Counted from the first letter of the stretch, positions 10,736-21,866 are shown. The stretch is DNA of 64,000 nt from an uncultured delta proteobacterium (GCA_963711565.1 CAVQEQ010000003.1:768001-832000); one strand, 5' to 3'. Notes: a model not told the origin generated them from the letters alone. Made by a program: numbers and translations.

Positions 10736-11038
10736 GTGTACGCCTGGACCAACCTGATTATCTTCATCGCGCAGACCCTTGACGGTCTGCTGACGCTCTA
10801 CTTGTACGTCGTGATCATCGCGGCGTTGATGACGTGGATCGAGCCGAATCCGTACAATCCGATCGTCCGCTTTCTCTATTCGGTGACGGAGCCGGTCTTC
10901 CAATGGTTCCGCGAGCACATCCCGGTGGTGATGGGCGGGATCGATTTTTCGCCGCTGATCGTGATCATCGGCATTCAGCTAATCCAGCGAGTCGTCATAC
11001 CGAGCGCGGTGCATCTGCTGATTCCCGCCTACACGTGA
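10736..11038 (+). CDS. yggT: YggT-family membrane protein
   Basis: NPYNPIVRFL..VTEP and GGIDFSP; canonical position after proC. Confidence 0.9.
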   Translation: MYAWTNLIIFIAQTLDGLLTLYLYVVIIAALMTWIEPNPYNPIVRFLYSVTEPVFQWFREHIPVVMGGIDFSPLIVIIGIQLIQRVVIPSAVHLLIPAYT

Positions 11039-11370
11039 GTCGGGGCGGAAATCCGCCGGCGTCCGACCCGCCCTGGATGCGAGTGTCCATTGACGAAGTG
11101 ATAATCGAGGTGACTGCGCGGCCGGGCACGTCGCGTCGCGGCGTAATCGGTGCGAGTGGCGATCGTCTGACAATCGGCGTCAATTCAAGACCGGAAAAGG
11201 GAAAGGCGAACGACGAACTGATCGAGTATCTCGCCCGCGAAATGCGCGTACCGCGCTCAGCCTTGCTGATTGTTCGCGGCGAAACCTCGCGCCGCAAAAC
11301 AATCCGAATCATCACGCACGAACCCACCAGGGTCGCATCGCGACTGCGGCAAATGAGCAAACCCAAGTAG
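11035..11370 (+). CDS. DUF167/YggU-family protein
   Basis: PEKGKANDEL and GETSRRK motifs. GTG start overlaps the yggT stop; alternative ATG at 11077. Confidence 0.85.
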   Translation: MSRGGNPPASDPPWMRVSIDEVIIEVTARPGTSRRGVIGASGDRLTIGVNSRPEKGKANDELIEYLAREMRVPRSALLIVRGETSRRKTIRIITHEPTRVASRLRQMSKPK

Positions 11371-11391
11371 CGTGTGCCGACGCACCAAAAC

Positions 11392-12012
11392 TCAGTGCCC
11401 GCCCGTGTGTGTCGAATCGGGATCGAAGAACAGTGGTCCTCCGACCGGCAGCTCGGCGCACGCTGACGAGTCCCCCTGACCTGCCTGGGTAACGAACGAA
11501 TCCTCGGTCTTCTCCATCGGACAAGTGCATTCGGCCAGCTCGACTCCATTCTCGGTGCCGCCGCGCGTGCACTGCCAATTCCAACATTGTGAGAACGAAT
11601 CCTGCGACGGGCAGACCTGCATGATCGAAGTCGCCTCCTGCCAGGTGCCGTCGATCAGCTGCGGGAAAGAATCGGCGAACTCGAAGGTCGAGTAGACGAT
11701 GTCCGGATTGGACGACGTGCAACTACCTTTCATATTGCCGCCATTGAGGTCGGCGATATTGTCGCCCACGATGATCGGACACTCGCACGACACGGCTTTG
11801 TGCTTCGTGCCCTGGTTGTCCTTGATAGAACCTCCAGTGGCAGTGCATGTGGACGCCGCGCACAACGCAAACTCGGTATCCTGACAAATTGTTAGTTGAC
11901 GCCCCTTTGGCCGCTTCGCCGCCGCGCGCGCCGGACCTGACGTGAAGAACAACGTGGCGCAGACGAGCGCCATCACTGTGAGAGGAAATACTCGCGCATC
12001 AGTGCTCGTCAC
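11392..12012 (-). CDS. Secreted cysteine-rich hypothetical protein
   Basis: Signal peptide, GGAGG RBS, 12 Cys in the mature part. Confidence 0.75.
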   Translation of the reverse strand: MTSTDARVFPLTVMALVCATLFFTSGPARAAAKRPKGRQLTICQDTEFALCAASTCTATGGSIKDNQGTKHKAVSCECPIIVGDNIADLNGGNMKGSCTSSNPDIVYSTFEFADSFPQLIDGTWQEATSIMQVCPSQDSFSQCWNWQCTRGGTENGVELAECTCPMEKTEDSFVTQAGQGDSSACAELPVGGPLFFDPDSTHTGGH

Positions 12013-12045
12013 TAGAGGCCTCCCGATATTGCCGTGCGAGGTATG

Positions 12046-12062
12046 AGCAGAGGACGTGCCAG
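12046..12062 (-). promoter_or_regulatory. Putative sigma54 (-24/-12) promoter of the Cys-rich protein gene
   Basis: Minus strand reads CTGGCACGTCCTCTGCT, i.e. GG-N10-GC, about 35 nt upstream of the start codon. Confidence 0.6.
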
Positions 12063-12350
12063 ATCAGATTGCGTGCTTAAGTTGGCGACCTTGCGCAGGC
12101 GTGCGATCGAATTACAGCTTCGCGATCTCGCGTCGCCCGATGGGACATCGAACGACACATCGCATCAAAGGCGGATCCAATGTTTGAAGTGCCGTGCCCA
12201 AATGCAAATCAGCAATCCAAAACTGCGATTGCCAGCAAATCCGAGGCGAATCGAAGGCGAATGATCCGCGATTCGGTTGACTGCGTTGCGTTTCGTGGTT
12301 ACTTAGGGGGAAGAGGGTGCAGGTTTTCGATTAGCAGCCTCCGGTTTGCG

Positions 12351-12740
12351 ATGCCAATTTACGAGTACAAGTGCAACAAATGCGGCGTGTTCGAGGCGAT
12401 GCAGGGGATCAAGGAAGCGCCGCTCAAAAAATGCCCGACCTGCAAAAGTAAGGTCGAGCGGCAGATGTCGCGCGGCTCGTTCATCCTGAAGGGCAGCGGA
12501 TGGTACGCGACCGACTACGCCAAAAAGAGCACCCCGAGCAGCCCGGAGTCGGATTCATCATCGACGCCGGCAACGCCCGCGACTAACGGCAGCACAGCGT
12601 CGTCGAGCGATACGTCATCGAAGCCGGCCTCCGAATCAAGGCCGGCGACAGAATCCAAGCCGTCGTCATCTGAATCGAAGACGTCCTCGCGCTCCAAATC
12701 CTCGTCCGAAAAGTCTGTCTCGGCCAAGGCCGCCGACTGA
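12351..12740 (+). CDS. FmdB-family zinc-ribbon protein with Ser-rich tail
   Basis: [12 protein letters not shown]...CPTC...[13 protein letters not shown]. Confidence 0.9.
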   Translation: MPIYEYKCNKCGVFEAMQGIKEAPLKKCPTCKSKVERQMSRGSFILKGSGWYATDYAKKSTPSSPESDSSSTPATPATNGSTASSSDTSSKPASESRPATESKPSSSESKTSSRSKSSSEKSVSAKAAD

Positions 12741-12774
12741 CTCTACCTCCGCAACTAAATAATCAAGTGCGTCG

Positions 12775-12809
12775 AGCCGTGGGGTAGAGAGCCCGCGGCT
12801 TTTTTGTTT
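12775..12809 (+). terminator. Intrinsic terminator
   Basis: AGCCGTGGG/CCCGCGGCT stem followed by TTTTTGTTT. Confidence 0.7.
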
Positions 12810-12819
12810 GAATCGGGCG

Positions 12820-13770
12820 ATGCGCGCGCTGGTATTCGATCGCAAGCTGGAATTTCGCGGCGACTATCCTGATCCCGTCGCCGCGCCCAGCGAGAGTATC
12901 GTGCGCGTCTCGGTTGCCGGCGTGTGCGGAACCGACCTCGAGATCGCGCGCGGCTACATGCAATACCGCGGAGTGCCGGGACATGAATTCGCCGGCCGTA
13001 TCGTCGAATCGCAAAACGCCGCGCTCCGTGGGAAACGCGTCGTTGGCGAGATCAACGCCGGATGCGGCCGATGCGCGACTTGCTCCGCCGGTCTCGCGCG
13101 TCATTGCCCCAATCGCACCGTGCTTGGAATCCTCGGCCGCGACGGCGCCTTCGCGGATTTCCTTCGTCTGCCCAACGTCAACCTGATTCCAATTCCCGAT
13201 TCGATCCCCGACAACGTCGCGGTGTTCGTCGAGCCTCTCGCGGCGGCGTACGAAATCTTCGAGCAGGTCCACCTGGCGCGGAACCAGACAATAGTGGTGA
13301 TTGGCGACGGCAGGCTCGGCGCGCTCGTTGCCCTCGTGCTCAAGGGCGAGCAGTACGTGCCGATCGTAGCGGGCCATCATCGGGATAAACTCGCGCGGCT
13401 CGCCGAACTCGGACTCGAGACCGCCGAGGAATCTTCCCTGCGCGAAAAATTCAACGTCGCGATCGATTGCAGCGGAAGCGAATCCGGATTTCGGCGCGCC
13501 GCCGAGCTGGTCCGCCCGCGCGGAAAGATCTTACTGAAGAGCACTGCGGCAGCGGCGGCGGAAATCAACCTCGCGCCGATCGTCGTAAATGAAATCAGCA
13601 TGATCGGCTCGCGATGCGGCCGCTTTCAGCCCGCACTCGACGCAATCGCGGCGGGCAAAATCGATCCGCGCGCGCTGATCGATGGCAGCTTCGCGCTCGA
13701 AGACGGCCTGCTCGCTTTCGAGGCCGCAAAGAACCCGCGCAACTTCAAAATCCTGCTGAGAACGCCGTGA
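12820..13770 (+). CDS. Zinc-dependent MDR alcohol dehydrogenase
   Basis: GVCGTD, PGHEFAG, CGRCATC...HC, GSRCG. Confidence 0.9.
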   Translation: MRALVFDRKLEFRGDYPDPVAAPSESIVRVSVAGVCGTDLEIARGYMQYRGVPGHEFAGRIVESQNAALRGKRVVGEINAGCGRCATCSAGLARHCPNRTVLGILGRDGAFADFLRLPNVNLIPIPDSIPDNVAVFVEPLAAAYEIFEQVHLARNQTIVVIGDGRLGALVALVLKGEQYVPIVAGHHRDKLARLAELGLETAEESSLREKFNVAIDCSGSESGFRRAAELVRPRGKILLKSTAAAAAEINLAPIVVNEISMIGSRCGRFQPALDAIAAGKIDPRALIDGSFALEDGLLAFEAAKNPRNFKILLRTP

Positions 13771-15743
13771 AGCGGCGGAGCGCCGGTCGAATCTTGGTCG
13801 GTATCGACACCGGCGGCACCTTCACCGACCTCGTCGCGCTCGTCGGCAGCGAAATCCGCGTGCACAAAGTGCTCTCGACGCCGGCCGACCCCGCCGACGC
13901 TGTAATCCGTGGACTGCGCGAGATGCTTGCGGGCGCGCCCCCTGAGTCGGTCACCTACAGTTCCACCGTCGCGACCAACGCGCTGCTTGAGAAGAAAGGC
14001 GCGCGCGTCGCGATGTTCACCAACGCGGGCTTCGAGGACCTGATCGAGATCGGCCGCCAGAACCGCGACGACCTGTACGCGCTGGCGCCGTCGCGGCCCG
14101 AGCCGCTTGTCAGTCGCTCGATGCGCTTCGGCGTCGCCGAGCGCACGCTGTTCGACGGCAGCATCATCAGACAGCTCGGGCGCGCCGAGCTCGCGCGAAT
14201 TCGCCGGCTCGCATCACGCAGTGGCGCCGACGCGTTCGCCATCTGCCTGCTCCATTCGTACGCCAATCCGAAAGGCGAGGAATCTATCGCGCGCGCGCTG
14301 GCGCCACTAGGCCGGCCGCTCTCGGTCTCGCATCGGATTCTCGCCGAGTATCGCGAATACGAGCGCTTCTCGACTGCGGTTGTGAACGCGTATGTCGCGC
14401 CGCGGATGTCGTCGCATCTGAAAAACCTCGAGACCCGGCTCGAAGGCGCGGGGCTCCGCGTGATGCAATCCAACGGCAGCGCGATCGGCACCGAGTTGGC
14501 GCGCGCGGAACCGGTGCGAACGATTCTCTCCGGTCCCGCGGCCGGCGTGATTGGCGCAGCAAGCCTCGCGCGCGCGTTCGCCACCGATCGCTTCATCACC
14601 TTTGACATGGGCGGGACCTCGACCAACGTCTCGCTGTTCGACCGCCGCGCGCGAATACGCACACTGAGTCATCCCGACGGCTACGCGGTGCGCACGCCAG
14701 TGATTGACATTCACACCGTCGGCGCAGGCGGCGGGTCGATCGCTCGGATTGACGCGGGCGGCTCGCTGCGAGTCGGGCCCGATAGCGCGGGCGCCGATCC
14801 CGGACCCGCATGCTACGGACGCGGCGAGTTGTGTACCGTGACCGACGCCGACCTGGTCGCGGGCAGATTGGTCGCGGCGAATTTCCTCGGCGGCCGGATG
14901 AAGCTTTATCCGGATCGCGCCGAGCATGCCGTGTCGCGGATCGCGCGCGAGATGAAAACGAATCCACTCGCAGCGGCGCGCGGCATCATTCGCGTCGTCA
15001 ATGCGAACATGGAGCGCGCGATTCGCGTGATCACGGTCGAGCGCGGCTACGATCCGCGCGACTTCGCGTTGCTGGCGTTCGGCGGCGCGGGCCCGATGCA
15101 TGCGTGTGAGCTGGCGCTCGACCTGGGCATCCGGCGAATCGTGATGCCGCGAAATCCCGGTCTGCTGTGCGCATGGGGGGCGTCGAGCGCGCCTCTGGGG
15201 CGCGAGTATTCTCTGACGGTGCGCGAGACCAATCCGAACTACTGCCGCCTGCTCGCGCGCGCCGCGGCACTCGTGCGTCGCGCTCGCGCCGAGCTCGCGG
15301 CTGAAGGTGCGCGCGCGATTCGTCACGAACTGTGGACCGACATGCGCTATCGCGGGCAGTCGTACGAACTCGAAATCGCGCTCACGCCGCGATTCATCGC
15401 CGATTTCCACTCGACGCATCGCAGAACTTTCGGACATTCCTCGACGACTGCCCCTGTCGAAGTTGTAAATATCCGCATCCGCGCAGTCGCTGGCGAAGCG
15501 GCCGCCACGCCGAGACGAATCGCGCGCCACGTCGGAAAACCGACGCCGGTCTCCAGCGGACGCGTGCTGGTCGGCGGCCGGGCACGCGTGATCCCGATTT
15601 ACGAGCGAGACTCGCTTGGTGCGGGCGCGCGCGTGCGCGGGCCAATCGTCGTCGTCGAGCTGAGCTCCACTGCGTACGTCGCGCCGGAATTCACTTTGCG
15701 CGTGGACGACTTCGGCAATCTGCAATTGGAGGCGACGCGATGA
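13767..15743 (+). CDS. Hydantoinase A / 5-oxoprolinase subunit
   Basis: GIDTGGTFTD, SGPAAGV, DMGGTST, GAGGGS, SAGADPGPACYG. GTG start overlaps the upstream stop. Confidence 0.92.
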   Translation: MKRRSAGRILVGIDTGGTFTDLVALVGSEIRVHKVLSTPADPADAVIRGLREMLAGAPPESVTYSSTVATNALLEKKGARVAMFTNAGFEDLIEIGRQNRDDLYALAPSRPEPLVSRSMRFGVAERTLFDGSIIRQLGRAELARIRRLASRSGADAFAICLLHSYANPKGEESIARALAPLGRPLSVSHRILAEYREYERFSTAVVNAYVAPRMSSHLKNLETRLEGAGLRVMQSNGSAIGTELARAEPVRTILSGPAAGVIGAASLARAFATDRFITFDMGGTSTNVSLFDRRARIRTLSHPDGYAVRTPVIDIHTVGAGGGSIARIDAGGSLRVGPDSAGADPGPACYGRGELCTVTDADLVAGRLVAANFLGGRMKLYPDRAEHAVSRIAREMKTNPLAAARGIIRVVNANMERAIRVITVERGYDPRDFALLAFGGAGPMHACELALDLGIRRIVMPRNPGLLCAWGASSAPLGREYSLTVRETNPNYCRLLARAAALVRRARAELAAEGARAIRHELWTDMRYRGQSYELEIALTPRFIADFHSTHRRTFGHSSTTAPVEVVNIRIRAVAGEAAATPRRIARHVGKPTPVSSGRVLVGGRARVIPIYERDSLGAGARVRGPIVVVELSSTAYVAPEFTLRVDDFGNLQLEATR

Positions 15744-17305
15744 AGCTCGATTCCGTCACGCTGGCCGTGATGAATAATCGCCTCGCGGCGATCGCGGACG
15801 AGATGGGCGTCGTGCTCGGGCAGACGGCGTTTTCGCCGAACATCAAGGAGCGGCATGATTTCTCGTGCGCGATTTTCGACGCGCGCGGCGAGTTGGTCGC
15901 GCAAGCCGCGCACATTCCGGTCCACCTCGGCTCCACCCCGCTATCGGTGCGCGCGGCGATCGCGAATCTCGATCTCGGGCGCGGCGACGTTGCGGCGCTG
16001 AACGATCCATTCGCCGGCGGAACGCATCTGCCGGACTTGACCCTGGTCGCACCGGTGTTCATCGGCAACGAGCGACGGCCGTTTGCGTACGCCGCCAACC
16101 GTGCCCATCACGCTGATATCGGCGGGATCGCGCCGGGCTCGATGGCGCTCGCGACGGAAATTTACCAGGAAGGCTTCCGATTGCCGCCGGTGAAAATCGT
16201 CACGGCCGGCGAAATCGCGCGCGACGTGATGACGCTGTTTCTCGCGAACACGCGCGTTCGCGAGGAACGCGAGGGCGACTTGCGCGCGCAGATTGCCGCG
16301 TTGTCGGTCGGCGCCGAGCGGTTGCTTGCGATCGTAAAATCGTCGGGACGGAAAACGGTCGAGGCCGCGATGGATGGGCTCAAGAATTACGCGGAGCGCC
16401 TGATGATCGCGGCGCTTAAGAAGCTTCGCCCGGGAACGTATCGCGCCGAGGATTTTCTCGACGACGACGGCTTCGGCACCGGCCCGATTCCGATTCACGT
16501 CGCAATCAGGATTGGCGGCGGCAACGCGATCGTCGATTTCACCGGCTCCGCGCCGCAGGTGCGCGGTTCGGTCAACGCCAACTATGCGATCACGCTGTCC
16601 GCGACTTTTTACGTCATGAAATGTCTCGCAGCCGAGGCCGTGCCCGCCAACGAGGGCCTGATGCGCCCGATCAAGCTCATCGCGCCGTCGGGATCGATCG
16701 TCAACGCGTTGGCTCCTGCCGCGGTCGCGGGCGGCAACGTCGAGACCTCGCAGCGGATTGTCGATGTTCTGTTTCGCGCGCTCGCCAAAGCTGCGCCGGA
16801 TCGCATTCCGGCGGCGAGTTCGGGCTCGATGTCGAATCTCACGGTCGGCGGCTTCGATCGATTTCGCGATCGTCATTTCTCTTATTACGAAACTATCGCG
16901 GGCGGCGCGGGCGGCGCGAAGGGCAGGCCCGGCGCGTCGGGAATCCACACTCACATGACCAACACGCTCAACACGCCGATCGAGGCGCTCGAGGCTTACT
17001 ACCCGATGCGGATCACCGAGTACCGAATGCGCCGCAACTCGGGTGGACGCGGTCAAGCGCGCGGCGGCGACGGATTGATTCGCGAGCTCGAGTGCCTCGT
17101 CGATGCCAACGTAAGCGTGCTCACCGAGCGGCGAACAATCGCGCCGTACGGACTTGCCGGCGGTGGGTCGGGCGCGATCGGCAAAAACATTCTCGTGCGC
17201 GGCACGCGTCGAAGCCGCTTACCCGGCAAGGCAAACATTGACCTCAAGGCCGGCGATCGCATTCGAATCGAGACACCCGGCGGCGGCGGCTGGGGCCGTC
17301 GTTAG
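15740..17305 (+). CDS. Hydantoinase B / 5-oxoprolinase subunit
   Basis: SPNIKERHDFSCA, NDPFAGGTHLPD, HHADIGG, TPGGGGWG. Confidence 0.92.
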   Translation: MKLDSVTLAVMNNRLAAIADEMGVVLGQTAFSPNIKERHDFSCAIFDARGELVAQAAHIPVHLGSTPLSVRAAIANLDLGRGDVAALNDPFAGGTHLPDLTLVAPVFIGNERRPFAYAANRAHHADIGGIAPGSMALATEIYQEGFRLPPVKIVTAGEIARDVMTLFLANTRVREEREGDLRAQIAALSVGAERLLAIVKSSGRKTVEAAMDGLKNYAERLMIAALKKLRPGTYRAEDFLDDDGFGTGPIPIHVAIRIGGGNAIVDFTGSAPQVRGSVNANYAITLSATFYVMKCLAAEAVPANEGLMRPIKLIAPSGSIVNALAPAAVAGGNVETSQRIVDVLFRALAKAAPDRIPAASSGSMSNLTVGGFDRFRDRHFSYYETIAGGAGGAKGRPGASGIHTHMTNTLNTPIEALEAYYPMRITEYRMRRNSGGRGQARGGDGLIRELECLVDANVSVLTERRTIAPYGLAGGGSGAIGKNILVRGTRRSRLPGKANIDLKAGDRIRIETPGGGGWGRR

Positions 17306-18530
17306 ACGACGCCGCTCTCACGCAGGCGCTTGCGGGCGTCGGCGTCGATTCCAAGTTCCGCCAGGATTTCGTCCGTATGCGCTCCCAGAGCCGGTGCGCC
17401 ACTTCTTATCCTCGTCGGCGTGCGCGAGAACTTCGCCGCCGGCCCGGTAATCGGCGCGAGCTTGCCGTCTTCCTGCTCGACTTGCTGGAGCATGTCGCGC
17501 TCGAGCGTGTGCGGACAACGCGCCGCCTCCGCGTAAGTTCTCACCTTGGCGCACGGGATGCCTTCCTTCGCGCACTCGTCGACCGCTTCATCGACGGTGC
17601 GCGCCTCGCACCACTTTGCAAACATTTCGTTGCACTCCTTGCGATTGCTCATGCGGCCGGGAATCGTCGCGTAGCCATCGTGATGCGCAAGATCGTCGCG
17701 TCCGGCCATCCTGGCCAGCACTTTCCAGTGAGTGTCGAGCAACACGCCGGCCATCACCAGTCCGTCGCGGCATTGGTAAGTGTTGGTGGGAACGGAGAAC
17801 GGAATTTCGTTGCCCCATCGCTTGAGTTCGACCCCCATCGCGCCGAGCGTCAGGTTGCCGTTGGACTGAAACAGCATCGCGTCGAGCATCGCGACATCGA
17901 CATGTTGCCCTTCGCCGGTGCGATCACGATGACGCAGCGCACCGAGCGCGCCGATCGCACCGTGCAATCCGCCGAGGTCGTCGCAGAGCCAGGTCGGCGC
18001 TTTGGTCGGCGGTCCGTCGGGGCTGCCGTTCAGAGAAATGAAGCCGCCCATCGCCTGCGCGAGCGGATCGTACGCGACCCGATCGTGAATCGGGCCGAAT
18101 TGCCCGTAGCCGCTGATCGACACGTAGATGATGTCCGGCTTGACGGCGCGAACGTGATCGAAGCCGACGCCCCATTTCTCGAAAGTGCCGGGGCGGAAAT
18201 TCTGCACGATGATATCGGAGCGCGCCGCAAGTTTCAGAAAAATTTCGCGACCCTCGTCACGGCGAAGGTCGAGCGTCAGGCTGCGCTTGTTGCGATTGAC
18301 CGTCGCCTGCGCGTATCCAATCTGCTTCTCGTGCCCCGGCAGCGCCGGCGGATCCGCCGCGCGACTTCGCCTTCGTGCGCCTCGACCTTGATCACGTCGG
18401 CGCCGAGGTCGGCGAGGATGCACGCGCACATCGGTCCCGCCCAGCTCGTCGTGGCGTCGATCACGCGAACGCCGTCGAGCGGGCCGGTCAAGTCGCGCCG
18501 CGCGTCCCGGTAGAACTCGGATTTTTCCAT
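17302..18530 (-). pseudogene. Family III CoA-transferase, frameshifted near 18350 (probable sequencing indel)
   Basis: The N-terminus (MEKSEF...[12 protein letters not shown]) and the rest (PPALPG...[11 protein letters not shown]) are in different frames. Restoring one C (ATC CCG) joins them. Confidence 0.8.
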
Positions 18531-18630
18531 TGCGCACTTCCTCCCAGGCGCTCGAATCGTACTGCTGGAGAGCCGCCTTCGACAAACGCGGAAGTGGCGC
18601 GCCGGCGAGCGGCCCGCTAGCTTGAGCACG

Positions 18631-19041
18631 ATGGCGGAGCAGCAATTCTTCGTGGGCATCCATGGCGTGATCGCCAGCCGCGGGCGAATGCTCGTGCTGA
18701 AGCGCGCGCCCATGATGAATTATCGCGCCGGTAGCTGGGACCTTCCCGGCGGCCATCTTGCGCTCGGCGAAAGTTTCGAGGATTGCCTGCTGCGCGAGGT
18801 CAAGGAGGAAACCGCGCTCGACGTTGCGATCGACCACCTGCTCGGATTGAACAGCATGGCGCCGGAACCCTACCTGCAAGCGCTCTACTCGTGCCGGCTG
18901 ACGGTTTTTCAGAAAGTGCAACTGCGGCCCGACGAACACGTCGAGCATCGATGGGTCACGCCGGCCGAACTCGCGAGCCTCGAGTTGATTCCGTATCTCG
19001 CGGCGATTCTGAAGCGCGGCATGCTGAGTTACGTGAAGTGA
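18631..19041 (+). CDS. NUDIX hydrolase
   Basis: Nudix box [25 protein letters not shown]. Confidence 0.88.
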   Translation: MAEQQFFVGIHGVIASRGRMLVLKRAPMMNYRAGSWDLPGGHLALGESFEDCLLREVKEETALDVAIDHLLGLNSMAPEPYLQALYSCRLTVFQKVQLRPDEHVEHRWVTPAELASLELIPYLAAILKRGMLSYVK

Positions 19042-19054
19042 TCGCGATGCCGCT

Positions 19055-19957
19055 CTATCGTGCGATCAGACGCCCGCGCCAGTAGCCGAAGAAGTTTGCG
19101 CACTCGAGTTCGTGATAAATCGCACGCTCCGAATCCCCGCGCATCGCGGCAGACGCCATCCGGACTCCGTTACGAACCAGCTTGTCGAGGCGATTGTGAT
19201 TTTGCAGTCCCGCAAATCCGGTGCCCATGCCGAAAGCGAAACTCTTGCGTCGCAGGTACGCGTGCGTCATCCGTTCGGCCGGGATCAGATGATGTACAAT
19301 CGCGCGCGGCGCAAAACCCATCGCGCCGTCGCGCGCCAAAATCCGCGCAAACAGTTCCGTGTCCTCACCTGAGATCGGATTGCCGCCGACCACACCGAGG
19401 TCCTCGCGAAATTTCCCGAACCGCGCGAACGCATTGCGCTTAAATCCGACGTTGGCGCTGAAATAGTTGTCGAGCCGCTCGGCGGCCGCCGTTGGCCCCG
19501 ATTCGATCGCACGGCGGTCGTGAACGGCGAGCTTGACCCACAGGCTCGGCCCCAGCCACTTGGGCGGTGGCGACGACCATCGCGGAAGAACCATTCCGCA
19601 CGCCGCGTCGAGGTCGCGCCGCCGCATCGCGTCAAGCAGTTCGGCGGCCCAATCACGCTCGGCCACAGCGTCGTCGTCGATAAAGAAGATGTAGTCCGAC
19701 GCGGTTTCGTCCACCGCACGATTTCTCGCAAAGCTCGAACCCATCCGCTGCTCGAACACGCGACGCATCGGCAGGGCCGCGTCCCGCGCGAAGTCATCGA
19801 CCACCGACGCGGTATCGTCAGTCGATGCGTTGTCGATGACGAGGCAGTCCGCCTCGACGCCGGCCGGAATCGCGAGCGCCGAGACGCTCGCGAGCGTGTC
19901 GCGCACAAGCGCTGCGCGATTGTGCGTGGGGATCGCGATTGTGAGCTTGATTGCCAA
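19055..19957 (-). CDS. Glycosyltransferase family 2
   Basis: IPTHNR, IDNASTD, FFIDDD, GEDTEL. Confidence 0.9.
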   Translation of the reverse strand: MAIKLTIAIPTHNRAALVRDTLASVSALAIPAGVEADCLVIDNASTDDTASVVDDFARDAALPMRRVFEQRMGSSFARNRAVDETASDYIFFIDDDAVAERDWAAELLDAMRRRDLDAACGMVLPRWSSPPPKWLGPSLWVKLAVHDRRAIESGPTAAAERLDNYFSANVGFKRNAFARFGKFREDLGVVGGNPISGEDTELFARILARDGAMGFAPRAIVHHLIPAERMTHAYLRRKSFAFGMGTGFAGLQNHNRLDKLVRNGVRMASAAMRGDSERAIYHELECANFFGYWRGRLIAR

Positions 19958-20071
19958 GGTGGTCGTGCGCGGCGGCGACGCCGCCGCGCATCATCATAAT
20001 ACCGAACTGCGCCCCGCACCGGATAACCGGTGCGCGGCGCAGCTCGGCCTGACGCGGCGCTCCGCGCCGCG

Positions 20072-21238
20072 TCAGTGACTCGCCGCGCCCGCCGGCGCGG
20101 GCGCGGCCGCTGCCGACGCACTCGCCGTCGGCGATGCCCCCGGCGCCGGCGTCGGCGTCGCCGGCTTCGGCAGCGGCGCCCCAGATTGCGTGAACACGAT
20201 CAACGTCACCGTCAGGTCCGGCGTCGCCTTCTGCTGCACTTCGGGATCCGCCGTCAGCCGGAATCCGAAGTTGCGCGTCTCACCCGGCACGAACGGCAGC
20301 ACCGGCCGCCCGAAGTTGGTGAACTCCAGCGGCGTCGCGATCGGCGTGTGCATCTCGGTGAAAACCGCCTTCTTGTTTTTCCCCTTGCCCTCGTAATACG
20401 TGACCGTGAACTGAACCTCGTCGATCGGCTTGTCGCCGCTATTCGTCATCTTGCCGAAAATTCCCGGCACTCGCGATGCCGACATCTTCATGTCCACGTC
20501 GCTCAGCACGATCTTCGGGATGTACGCCTCTGCGTCGGGCATCTGTTTCTGCGCGTTCTGGATATCGGTTAGCTCGCGTCCGTATTGGAACTTGAGGCCC
20601 GCGTTGCCGGTTGCCTCCGACTTGTCCAGCTCGTCGATTATTTTCTGATAGGCGGCTATCGCCTTGTCGTAGTCGTGCTGATGGTAGAGATCGACCGCGT
20701 CCTTGTGTTCCTTGATGATATTTTCTCTCGACGGAAAATCGACCAACAGCCGCCATTCGCCATTCTGCTGCACCATCACCATGTCATCGTCGTAGGTAAC
20801 CTTGGGGTAGGTGCCGTCTGTCAGGTCCTTTTGCGCGGGCTGGTCGGGCGTCTGATCTCCGGTGAGGCCGGCATTTATCGTCCGCTCCCAGAGCGCGAGA
20901 TCGGGCGCCGTCACGCTGACAGTGACTATTGCCTTGTCGCCGTCGATCTTCGCGTCGCCGACTTTGTAGTCGTAAGTGCGCAGGATGCCCTTGAACCAGT
21001 CCTTGCTCACGTCGGGCGCCATCGGAATTTCGCTGAGGAACTGATCCATCGTGCGATCGACCTGGTCCTGATGCGACAGCGCCTCGTAGGTGGCCGGATA
21101 ATTGTAGAGTTTAAGGTTGCCGAGATAGTTCTCGGCCGCGGCCTGCGGCGTATGCCCCTGGCATCCCGCCACCAGAAACGCGCAAACTGCCATAGCCGCA
21201 AGCATCGCGCCTTTGGCTTGAATCCTGATTGTCGTCAT
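20072..21238 (-). CDS. Hypothetical lipoprotein (TPR-like middle region, Ig-like C-terminal domain)
   Basis: Lipobox LVAGC; DYDKAIAAYQK TPR-like helix; Pro/Ala-rich tail. Confidence 0.75.
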   Translation of the reverse strand: MTTIRIQAKGAMLAAMAVCAFLVAGCQGHTPQAAAENYLGNLKLYNYPATYEALSHQDQVDRTMDQFLSEIPMAPDVSKDWFKGILRTYDYKVGDAKIDGDKAIVTVSVTAPDLALWERTINAGLTGDQTPDQPAQKDLTDGTYPKVTYDDDMVMVQQNGEWRLLVDFPSRENIIKEHKDAVDLYHQHDYDKAIAAYQKIIDELDKSEATGNAGLKFQYGRELTDIQNAQKQMPDAEAYIPKIVLSDVDMKMSASRVPGIFGKMTNSGDKPIDEVQFTVTYYEGKGKNKKAVFTEMHTPIATPLEFTNFGRPVLPFVPGETRNFGFRLTADPEVQQKATPDLTVTLIVFTQSGAPLPKPATPTPAPGASPTASASAAAAPAPAGAASH

Positions 21239-21396
21239 CGTCGAAGTTCCTCTTCACGCGCAAACGGGTAGATTTTAATGTCGCTCCCACCAAAAACAAG
21301 TCGGCTCGAATGCCGCCCGTTGGTTCCCTTAGTGGAAGCGACAGTCCTGCTTATCAGAAAAAAGGCGCGCTATGCGACCGGCCACGGACTCGCCGT

Positions 21397-21798
21397 TCAC
21401 GACCCCGTCGGCATTTGCTTGAGCTCGACGACGTTGCCCTCGGTATCGTGCACGTAGAGCGAAAGCCCATTGCCGTGCGCCCCATAGCGCATCACCGGCT
21501 CGCCCAACACCTCTACCGAATGCTCGCGAAGATAGCGCGCGACGTCGTTCAGGTCGCGAGTCGCGACTCCGATGCAAACGTGATCGACGTTCAGTCCGGT
21601 CTCGACCCGCGTACCTGCCGGTGCCGGAATCAAATCGATCAGCCCGCTACCTGCTCGCAACTGGATTAAGCCAAGCTGCTCGAGGCGCCGCTCCTCGCTA
21701 AGGCCCAGGATGCGCGTGTAGAAGTCGTATGTGCGATTGATATCGCGGCATCGAAACACGACGTGGTCCAGCTCTTCGACCTTGAACGGAATTTCCAT
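21397..21798 (-). CDS. VOC/glyoxalase-family protein
   Basis: LDHVVF...FYTRILG...DHVC...RYGAHG...DTEGNVVEL. Confidence 0.88.
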   Translation of the reverse strand: MEIPFKVEELDHVVFRCRDINRTYDFYTRILGLSEERRLEQLGLIQLRAGSGLIDLIPAPAGTRVETGLNVDHVCIGVATRDLNDVARYLREHSVEVLGEPVMRYGAHGNGLSLYVHDTEGNVVELKQMPTGS

Positions 21799-21866
21799 AG
21801 CGATACCTTGGAACTACACCTCTGATGCGGATGCTGCCAACACCTTGACGGCCTGAATAACCGGCG

